DNA from: an uncultured Chloroflexia bacterium
GTDB lineage: Bacteria; Chloroflexota; Anaerolineae; Anaerolineales; Anaerolineaceae
Direction of reading: 5' to 3'
DNA: 32,000 nt
Assembly (NCBI GenBank): GCA_963704755.1
Contig: OY969938.1
Span: 2,430,001-2,462,000, forward strand
Shown piece after piece: positions 5,972 to 14,300 of the stretch (positions are counted from its first letter, which is position 1; the number at the start of each line of letters is the position of its first letter). The position numbers were made by a program, and so were the translations under genes. Under the pieces are notes generated by a model. That model saw nothing but the letters and a program-made list of their open reading frames with translations, searched no databases and had not been told where the DNA came from.

Positions 5972-8596
5972 TTATATTTTGTTGATGATCGTTATGATGT
6001 TGGCCATTTCATCGTCTGTAAAAATAATTCCAAACGATCGCTCGACCGGCTTGAATATCTTTAATAGCTTCCGGTAGCAAACCTCATTGGTATTCAGTAT
6101 TTGTTCTTTATTGACCCGTTGTGGAATGGGCTCGTTCCCAAGTATGCGGTTAATGCCACAGGCTATGTGCATGAGCAACCCAATTTCCGTGTCGATAGAC
6201 ATACGGGTCACTTCACTGTTGATTTGATCGATTAACGGGGGCAGCATTTTGCGCAATTTTTTTATGTTTACATTTTCTAGTTGCTCTCCCAGGTATTTGA
6301 ACACTTCGTCGAAATCGATCCTGCTTTTTTCGCGATTCTTGAAGCGGAGTATTTCCGGGAGTTCATTTGGATCAGCTCCCAGTACATCACTGACTGGAAT
6401 AAAGGGAATCCCGAAAAGTTTGGGATCGTTTGTTCCGACGATACAGTGAATGATGGCCTGTTCCTGCAATTTTCGAAGGTTCTCGCGAAGCTGGGGAAAA
6501 TCGGCGATCGATAAAGGAATCACTTTCATGTTGGCAGCCTTGCCATAGCGCTCGATATATTTCTTTAATTCTTGCGCCCCGCCTTCGCCGGTGGTACACA
6601 GGGTAACGATCACCCGGTCGAGCGGCTTTCCATACTGGTGTATGCTGGTTACAACGCTCTGGTAGAGCGTGTCCACATTATCGGCAACTGCTGCCTTCCG
6701 CGCGCATTCGATCCCAATCATGGTCATCGGCAGTTGCACGGCGCGAATCTCGATGCCAGTTTCAACTTCGATGGTTGTAAAAATATTGTTCAATAATTCC
6801 ATGTCGTAAAAAGCAATCAGCCCTTTTTCGTGATCGATGCGCTTGATCAGCTCCATCAAGGACGAATAAATCTCGGAAGGCTGGCTGTCGAATGGAACTT
6901 CGAAGGCGTACACATTGTTTTGTTTAACCAGGTCGTTAATCAACCCAGCAATCGAAGACGCGACACCGCTCCCCAATAGAGCAAAAAGAATGACCGGTTT
7001 TTGAGCAATATTGTCGGAAGAATCCTCAAAACACAGGAACATTGTGATCAAAAAAGCTTCTTCGATGGGAAGGTGGACCGAAAAGGCCTTTTCGATTTCC
7101 GTCATGAACTGCATCGAAAGCGTGTACTTGGTCTTATGCTTTTCGACAATTTCCGAGATCTGTTGGTTGGACAGGATTTGCCGGGAAGAATTTCCTTTTA
7201 CAATACTTTCGACGTGCAGGCAAAGGCCATAGAACACAGAAAGGGGGAAATCTTCCGCGAGCTTGGCGCTCACCTCTGCCAAAAACGATTCGACCAGATC
7301 GATCGTGCGGGCATCTACCAGCTTCTCGAGTTGTTCTTTGTTAACCACCTGTGTAGAAACGTCTTTTAGAAATTTGCTGTAAATATTTTCGAATTCAGCG
7401 GTCAAAAGGAGCCCGATCTCTTCATCCGGCACACCCAGGCCAATCAAGGCATTGGCTTTTTGATCCATCATATCGTACAGATTAAAGGATTTCAGTTTAG
7501 CGCGATCGATTGCACTCATTTTCATGGTCGACTCTGAAAATGAATAATCATAGCCTTCCAGGATGATGCGTTCTACCTCTTCGCTGCGGTTGCGATAATT
7601 CAAGAAACCCTTACGAACATCCGGTTCAAAATCGCTCAAAAATAAGTTGAGCGACTCTTTTTTGGATGCATGTTCGCGCAGGTAGGCCATAGCGCAGCCG
7701 AGTTTAATGTCACCCTTTAATTGTTTGATATTGTTGAGATTACATTCGTATAAAAGTAAACAACGGAGCAATTCTGCGTTGATGATGAATGCCATTTTTG
7801 CCCGGGCAGCTTCCAGGGTAAAAAGGCTTTGGATCAATGCCATCCGTTCTTCCAGCGGCCTTTCGGAAAGAGATGGGATTTCGATAACGATGGGCAGTTT
7901 TTTGGCGTAGTCGTCGCAAGCCGCCTTGTTGGAATTATTGCAAGCGACGACAACAATAGGAGATAATTTTTTAAAAGGAGCGCCATCGTAATGTTGAAAT
8001 CGTTCGATTTCCGTACAAAATTTGTTGCGCAAACCCGAACTAAGTAGATGTGCGTTATCGATATGGACGACACATTGCCCATTTTCAGAAAATAAACCGC
8101 CAGTGCCATCTTCACCAAAAAGTTCGGTCATCAACCTGTTTTCATCGCCCTGGTAATCTTTGCAATCGAAAACAATAAAAGGAGCGTTTTCCGGGATCAC
8201 CTTTGTTGCAATTGCATATTTGTGGATGATCATTGCAAAAAAGCTCTTGCCCGTCCCTGGTTCTCCCAGAAGCAAGGTATTCAGACTTTTCTCCGGGTAA
8301 ATAACCGCGGCCTTTGCTAACTGAATTGCTCTCCTGAGGCTGCCGTTTACCCCAATGAGATTTTCAAAACACTGGTCTTCGCGAATCTCATCTTGTGTTT
8401 TGACTTTATAAAGAACCGGCCGTCCCTGGGCCTTAGTCACACGTTCTTCGGCGACTAACTCGTTCAGTAGGCGACTTACATTTGTTCGTTGGATTCCAAG
8501 GGTTTGGGAAAGGTATTGGGTGGTAACACCACCGCCATCCTGGGCGGATGCGTGGAGCTTTAAGAAATCGTATATTTGTTCTTTATTATTCTTCAT
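5972..8596 (-). CDS. LevR-type transcriptional regulator: N-terminal wHTH, AAA+ (sigma-54-activator-like) module, PRD, EIIA-Man-like, EIIB-Gat-like and second PRD
   Basis: 874 aa. The domains read as follows:
- HTH: QYLSQTLGIQRTNVSRLLNELV.
- Walker A: LLLGEPGTGKS (nt 8243-8266).
- PRD-like: FYGLCLHVESIV and LLMHIACGINRIL.
- EIIA-Man-like: PVILFALLGSGVASSIAG.
- EIIB-Gat-like: RVIVTLCTTGEGGAQEL.
The GAFTGA loop and the Walker B DE pair look degenerate (see findings). Confidence 0.75.
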   Translation of the reverse strand: MKNNKEQIYDFLKLHASAQDGGGVTTQYLSQTLGIQRTNVSRLLNELVAEERVTKAQGRPVLYKVKTQDEIREDQCFENLIGVNGSLRRAIQLAKAAVIYPEKSLNTLLLGEPGTGKSFFAMIIHKYAIATKVIPENAPFIVFDCKDYQGDENRLMTELFGEDGTGGLFSENGQCVVHIDNAHLLSSGLRNKFCTEIERFQHYDGAPFKKLSPIVVVACNNSNKAACDDYAKKLPIVIEIPSLSERPLEERMALIQSLFTLEAARAKMAFIINAELLRCLLLYECNLNNIKQLKGDIKLGCAMAYLREHASKKESLNLFLSDFEPDVRKGFLNYRNRSEEVERIILEGYDYSFSESTMKMSAIDRAKLKSFNLYDMMDQKANALIGLGVPDEEIGLLLTAEFENIYSKFLKDVSTQVVNKEQLEKLVDARTIDLVESFLAEVSAKLAEDFPLSVFYGLCLHVESIVKGNSSRQILSNQQISEIVEKHKTKYTLSMQFMTEIEKAFSVHLPIEEAFLITMFLCFEDSSDNIAQKPVILFALLGSGVASSIAGLINDLVKQNNVYAFEVPFDSQPSEIYSSLMELIKRIDHEKGLIAFYDMELLNNIFTTIEVETGIEIRAVQLPMTMIGIECARKAAVADNVDTLYQSVVTSIHQYGKPLDRVIVTLCTTGEGGAQELKKYIERYGKAANMKVIPLSIADFPQLRENLRKLQEQAIIHCIVGTNDPKLFGIPFIPVSDVLGADPNELPEILRFKNREKSRIDFDEVFKYLGEQLENVNIKKLRKMLPPLIDQINSEVTRMSIDTEIGLLMHIACGINRILGNEPIPQRVNKEQILNTNEVCYRKLLKIFKPVERSFGIIFTDDEMANIITIINKI

Positions 8597-8618
8597 AGCA
8601 GAATCCCTTGAAACAAAT

Positions 8619-8801
8619 ATACACTAAATACACTAATAGAACTATAGCGAATGATAGCGACCGTTACAAATGCCTATCTTTTACAAGAGAGGGCTTAAAA
8701 ATTTATACACTAGCACACTCTCGGGACAATGTTGGATTAAAGCAACGTGCTTTGCTGTTTTTTAAAGGTAATGATTATTAAAATTTGGCCTTTTAGTGTA
8801 T
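8619..8801. promoter_or_regulatory. Four copies of the motif ATACACTA(A) in the regulator's upstream region; candidate operator or UAS sites
   Basis: Two exact tandem copies lie at 8619-8627 and 8628-8636. A third copy (ATACACTA) is at 8705-8712. An inverted copy (TTAGTGTAT) is at 8793-8801. All lie upstream of the minus-strand regulator start at 8596. Confidence 0.35.
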
Positions 8802-8829
8802 AAACCAGGAAACATTTTTTACGAAATTA

Positions 8830-9135
8830 GTGCATTCGAATAATTTTGTAATGATTTTTTGGAATTTAAAAACCGCACTCGAGGTTGCAAATTTCCTTAC
8901 CATTAGATTATTTAAGTACCGCGACAATAAAGGCGTATACTTCGGAGATATGGATAATATTTACATGGCAGCAAGATATATAAATCATTATTTTGGAGTT
9001 ACCCGTATAGAGAAAAACGCGATATGTGCCTTACCCAGGGTTTTATTTTCAAGTGCGAGGGATTTTGATCGTCATATCTTTCTGGCAAGGAGCCCTTCAA
9101 ATAACGAAATATTTAAATTCTCTCATTTAGACTAA
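8830..9135 (+). CDS. Hypothetical 101-aa ORF in AT-rich spacer; coding status doubtful
   Basis: It is the only ORF over 60 aa in the 940-bp AT-rich gap. It has a GTG start, no obvious RBS and no recognisable motif. Confidence 0.2.
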   Translation: MHSNNFVMIFWNLKTALEVANFLTIRLFKYRDNKGVYFGDMDNIYMAARYINHYFGVTRIEKNAICALPRVLFSSARDFDRHIFLARSPSNNEIFKFSHLD

Positions 9136-9537
9136 GATATTCGCGATGAATATAAGCGTCGATTTAGCAAAGGTTTTACCTTTAAAAATAAAGTATTAGA
9201 GATCGATATTTGATAAAGAATTATTAGGACCTTGTACCCGATATCGTTAAACATTGATAGCCTGGCTCCAATCTGCTAAACAGTGAATAAACTCCAACTC
9301 GAGTAAAAGGCACTCTACAAAAAAGCACATAAAAGGGATTTGCTAAGAAGCCCTCACTTACGTGTTTAACTTTACCAACAACATATTCAACTAAGCCCTA
9401 CTAGTAGAAGACACTCTGTTACTTCCTTACAATTAACCAATTTACAAAAATGGAAATATCGACATACCGGTATACTAAAATTTACTCTCCGCTAAGAAAA
9501 TATGGTTAAGAAATATTACTCCCAATCACAATAACAT

Positions 9538-9951
9538 TTATTCCAAATACTTCCCCACCAACACCAACATCGCCTCCACCACCGCCTTCCTCACGCCCGG
9601 CTCGGGGATCTTCGCGACGGCTAAAGCTATGTCCACCGCCTCAGGCGGCAAGTTCTCCGTATCCAAACCGCGCACATCGAAAATCTTCAGCGCCGGCCAA
9701 CCGGTCATGGTCAGGAACTCGTTCGGGTTGATCCCAAAGCGATCCGCCAGCAGGATGCAGACGTGCATGCTCGGGCGCTGGCCTTCCAGCACCCGCCGTA
9801 CGCCCTGGTGATCTAGTCCCGCGCGCAAGCTGGCTTCGCGGTAGCTTTCGTTGTTCTTCTCCAGGAGTTCCCGCAAGCGGGTGACCATCCGTTCCGGATC
9901 GTATTTGCTTTTGATCGTTTCTCGGCGTGCTTTGGCAATTGGTTTTTCCAT
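9538..9951 (-). CDS. XRE/Cro-C1-type helix-turn-helix protein
   Basis: 137 aa. The central segment SYREASLRAGLDHQGVRRVLEGQRPSMHVCILLADRFGINPNEFL has the HTH_XRE pattern. Its ATG lies 6 nt after, and in the same frame as, the orphan rhs fragment's stop. Confidence 0.65.
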   Translation of the reverse strand: MEKPIAKARRETIKSKYDPERMVTRLRELLEKNNESYREASLRAGLDHQGVRRVLEGQRPSMHVCILLADRFGINPNEFLTMTGWPALKIFDVRGLDTENLPPEAVDIALAVAKIPEPGVRKAVVEAMLVLVGKYLE

Positions 9952-9957
9952 GGGAGT

Positions 9958-10383
9958 TTACCTGACTGCCAGGATAGCGGCAGCCGAATTGCGCCCCGAG
10001 GGATCAAAATACATAATTGGGTTGCTATTGGCATAAGCCCATTTGTTATAAGTAATTGGCTGCTGATAATTCCCTAACCATGTATCTCTTGAAATAAACC
10101 TTCCATCCCCACCAGCATAATACCGTGCCCGCAGATAAACCAGCCCGGTCTGCGGATCATAATTCTCCCCGGTAAAGGCATAATCTGTCTCGGCTTCCCC
10201 ATCACTGGCCAATACTTCCCCATACGGTTCGAAGCTGCGGTTTAGGCGTACTTCACCCGCCTCGTCCACCAACTGGCGCACCGAGCCAAGCGCATCGCCA
10301 ATAAAATACTCGCTCGAAGCAGCACTTTCTTGTTCCAACCGACCGTTTCCGTAAAGGTAAGTCTGTGCTCCATCGGCCAGGAC
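9958..10383 (-). pseudogene. Orphan, 5'-truncated Rhs core-end fragment (RHS repeat-associated core with a DPSG motif and only an 11-aa tail)
   Basis: The translation ..EYFIGDALGSVRQLVDEAGEVRLNRSFEPYGEVLASDGEAETDYAFTGENYDPQTGLVYLRARYYAGGDGRFISRDTWLGNYQQPITYNKWAYANSNPIMYFDPSGRNSAAAILAVR* parallels residues of the main Rhs protein. Nucleotide homology extends upstream of the listed ATG and ends abruptly at 10383/10384. Confidence 0.8.
10148..10383. repeat. Repeat copy A (orphan rhs), paired with 12221-12456
   Basis: Hand alignment at a fixed offset of 2073 nt gives about 10 mismatches in 236 nt. A more divergent extension runs roughly 9985-10147 versus 12058-12220. Confidence 0.85.
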
Positions 10384-10578
10384 TTCTAAGACATCTGGGT
10401 ACTAAGCCGCACTCGCCTTCAAGTTTTTATACGGAATTTACTACGACTGAAAGATTGAACCATGCTATAAAGAAATCACTTATACAATAAAAATTTATAT
10501 TTCAATTTATAAATTTACCAATTAATAATAAAATACCATACGTAAATACAATACAACAACCAAATCTGCTCAATAAAA

Positions 10579-11247
10579 CTACTCTAGTATAAGAAAAAGT
10601 GAGGAATTGTTTTGTAGTGCATAAGCTAACATAGACAATGCATCAAAAAATGATTTTCGAATTACTTCGTCAGGTTCTACCCAAAAATGATGAGCTAAAT
10701 CATTTACTTCACTTAAGAGGTTATTGGGAGGGTTTAGAAACGTATCTTTATTCAACATTAATTTTTCATACAAGATGGATATTTCTTCATTTGTTAACCA
10801 CCCAACCCAGTTATAAAGTGGAAATGAAAAAAAAGAAAACATTGCAGGATTGCACACTTTAATTAACTCTTCCAATTTGTTACCAATGATTAAATAATTA
10901 ATTTCCTCGATAGTCCAACCCATTAGCCCCAAAACTTTCTGTAAAATATAATAGCTAAACGGTTGGCTAGAGCTCAAGTCAGGAGCTGTTTTTAGGTAGG
11001 ACGCAAGGAGCACAAGATACCAATTACTTTCCCGTGAAATTCCTGGATCTGAAATGTCAAACCATTGCTCATCGAATCTCAAGAATTGTAAAACACTTCG
11101 CATAGTGTTATCTGGATTGTTTACCTTTTTTTTCGAAAGATTATATAACCTTTCAGTATTGGGCCTTGTTCCTTCTCCCATAGCATCTTGCAAATTGTTA
11201 CATAAATCTGTTAAATTAAAGATATATGCTTTATGCTTAATAGCCAT
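10579..11247 (-). CDS. Hypothetical 222-aa protein; candidate cognate immunity protein for the Rhs C-terminal toxin
   Basis: It is the first ORF downstream of rhs on the same strand, after a 105-nt gap. It is markedly AT-rich, with no signal peptide or TM segment and no recognisable family motif. The position matches the usual rhs-CT/immunity gene order. Confidence 0.5.
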   Translation of the reverse strand: MAIKHKAYIFNLTDLCNNLQDAMGEGTRPNTERLYNLSKKKVNNPDNTMRSVLQFLRFDEQWFDISDPGISRESNWYLVLLASYLKTAPDLSSSQPFSYYILQKVLGLMGWTIEEINYLIIGNKLEELIKVCNPAMFSFFSFPLYNWVGWLTNEEISILYEKLMLNKDTFLNPPNNLLSEVNDLAHHFWVEPDEVIRKSFFDALSMLAYALQNNSSLFLILE

Positions 11248-11352
11248 CCTTTTTTACCTTCCTGGAGAAAAACTTTTTCTATTTCAATGTAATGCATTCA
11301 TAGGATAAGTCAATACCGATTTAGATATTGGCTTTTATCAAGGGAAGAATTG

Positions 11353-14300
11353 CTAAGGTAATCTCCTCTCGTATGGCTCCCCGACCCATTGTGGATTAAG
11401 AATTATATTTGTTTTCCCAATTCCCTTGGCGTACTCGGACAATGCGATATTTGTTGGTGTCCCAGAACAAATTACCGACCAATGTTTTAATCCTCCCCCG
11501 AGTTCAGGCGTGAATGTTCCAGTACATATTGGAATATCCACAACAGGACCATTTGAACCTGGAACAATGGGCGTTTTGACTTTTACTTTAAGTCCTAATG
11601 CATAGGGCTTGTTGCCTGGCAAATCAGCAAGCTCAAAGGTGGATACACCATCCACGTCAACTCTGAATTGGCTAGGACTTGTTATTGGCTTTTTAAAGTA
11701 ACTTCTCTCAGAATTTATATCTCCATCAAGCCCTCTATAAATGATCACTATAGTTGAAGGTTCGGGTGTCTCCGTTGGGATCTTTGGGGGAAATGGATCA
11801 ATTGTGGGAACCGGCTCTGGAGATGGCTCTGGTACTGGTTCGGGCAGACCTAACAAGTCTTCCCAAGTCAATGTACATCTATCGCCAAGAACATCCACAG
11901 ATCTAGCGAGGTCTCCGGCATGCTGTGATGCCATAATTGCAGTGTAGGCAGCGGTTCCAAATATGACGGCACATATTCCAACCCCAACTGCGTCCCCAAT
12001 GGGAAGTGGCCCATCCACTGTGGCTGCAAGCAAAAATAATGCACCACAATCTGTAATCGGATCTTGGCCTGAAGGATCGGTATAAATTATTGGATTCGAA
12101 TACGAGTAGTTCCACTTGTTATAAGATACCGGGCGTCTGAAATTTCCTACCCATGTATCTCTTGAAATGAATTTTCCATCTCCACTGGCATAATATCTTG
12201 CCCGTAGATACACCAATCCTGTCTGCGGATCATAATTCTCCCCGGTAAAGGCATAATCTGTCTCGGCTTCCCCATCACTGGCCAATACCTCCCCATACGG
12301 CTCGTAACTGCGGTTCAGGCGTACTTCACCCGACTCGTCCACCAACTGGCGCACCGAGCCAAGCGCATCGCCAATAAAATACTCAATCGAAGCAGCACTT
12401 TCTTGTTCCAGCCGACCGTTTCCGTAAAGGTAAGTCTGTGCTCCATCCGCCAGGACCTGGGTGAGCCCGGCGTTCAGATCCAGGGTATAGGTCTTCAGTA
12501 TGCCACTGGTGGTAGAGGTCAGGCGGTCTCCCTGGCCGTTATAGCTATAGCTGCTAATCACTGACCCCTGATTATTAATCGTTATCAGCCGGTTGGCATG
12601 ATCGTATGTGTAGATATAGGTCCCATCGTTCAGCAAATTGCCGTTATCATCCCACTGGTATTCGGTCTCATTGACATTGGCCAGCCGGTTGGCAGCGTCG
12701 TAGCTATAGCTGGTCGTCCCGGCAGCAGTCGTTTCGCTCAGCCGGTTACCAACCGAATCGTAGGTGTAGTGGAAGTTTGTCCCATCGTTGTTGACTGCAT
12801 CGGTCAGCCGGTAAAGGGCATCGTAGCCATAGGTGATGCTGGTCTCGACCCGCTCGGGATCCGTATAGGTCACCGCATCCGATCCGGTCCCGGTTTCCAC
12901 CGTCTGCACTTCGCTGCCCCCACTGCTGTTGTGGGCCGTCAGCCGGTACCAGTAGGGGGTCAGGCGCGCCAGTCCGTAATCGACATACTCCAGAACGTTA
13001 GCGCCCAGTTCAGCGACCGGCAGCCAATGCTCCCCGTCGGTGCTGCGCTCCAGAGTATACCCATCCTCAATAATGGAACTGTCCGGCCAACTTAAACGAA
13101 TGGCAAGGAAGCCTTCCTCCACCGCCGTCAACGCCTGGGGCAGCGGGATACTGCTGGAGGGTAAATGGCTTTCCACCACGGCTGTGCGGTTGCCGACTTC
13201 GTCCACCGTATAGACAAACGAGGACAGACTCTTCCCAAGGCGGGTATATCCCAACGAGGTCAGCCGGCCGGCGCTGTCGTAATGAGAGGTAGCCACTACG
13301 CTATTAGGCAGGGTGGTGGTGGCCGCTCGCCCACCCCGATCCCAGGTATAGGTCGTGTGTTGGCCGTCCCAACCGGTAACCCCTGCGAGCCGACCGGACT
13401 GATCATACACGTACGATACCGTCTTATCATCCGGGTATATTAAGCGGGTGCGGTTGCCCACCGCATCATAGGCATAACCGGTTGTTTGCTGGTACGGGTC
13501 CTGGATAGTTTCTGGCCGGCCCAAGGCATCGTAGGTCCAGGTAGTGATGCCGACTCCATCGGTCATGGTATGGCGGGTACCAGAAAGGTAATATGTGAAA
13601 GCTACATCCGCATCAGGAGCCGGGTAATCGATGAGAGTTTGCCGGTCGAGATCGTCGTAATAGTAATGGGTTGTGACGCCGTTCGCGTCCGTCAGGCTGG
13701 CCTGGTTTCCTGCTGCATCGTAGGTGTAGGTGATCTGGTGGCTCAACGCGTCTTCTTCGTTTTCAACTCTGCCCATTGCATCGTAAGAGAAGAGGGTCTG
13801 GTGCCCCAAGCCATCGTTGATTGCTTCGCGATTTCCGGCCGCATCGTATTCGTATTCGGTGCGCACGTTGGTTTCCTGGTCGGTAGCCATCCCTTCCTGA
13901 TAGTTCTCAATTACGGCGGTCAATCGCCCGGTTGCGTCATATTCGTATTTCGTCACGATCCCTTTGGCGTCCACCAGGCCAATCTGGTTTCCAGCCGCAT
14001 CATACACATTGCGGGTTACATGCTGCATGGGGTCGGTCTGTTTCACCAGCCTATTCAGGTTATCGTAGGTGTACTTTGTTTCGAAACCATTGGAATCAAC
14101 TACCGAAATACGGTTACCACTAGGATCGTAACCGGTCAGGGTCACCTGGTCCCGGTCGGTCGCAGCATTGGCAGTATAGTCCAGGCATGGATTCCCAACA
14201 GTCGGGTTCTCGATGTGCTTGACCTCTCGGCCCGAAGCATCGTAACAGAAATACACCTCTCCGCCGTTGGGATCGATCGTTTTCATAACCGTTCCGGCCG

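Noticed and set aside
8619-8636. Tandem ATACACTAA repeat as a possible CRISPR or minisatellite
   Set aside because: There are only two 9-nt units with no spacers, far below CRISPR repeat length and organisation. No cas genes are in the window.
8739-8763. Small hairpin (aaagca/tgcttt) with a nearby T6 run on the + strand
   Set aside because: The stem is only 6 bp and the T-run is 4 nt away. There is no + strand gene upstream to terminate, so it is probably chance in AT-rich DNA.
8597-10578. Search for island-boundary hallmarks (tRNA gene, integrase, IS element, flanking direct repeats)
   Set aside because: None was found by inspection. The region is called accessory only from composition and gene content, not from mobility signatures.
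11356-11760. Assigning the Rhs tip to the R-S-E ADP-ribosyltransferase family on the basis of YRG and STF
   Set aside because: No convincing (Q/E)xE catalytic motif sits at the expected distance. Two tripeptides are too weak for a family call, so the tip stays unassigned.
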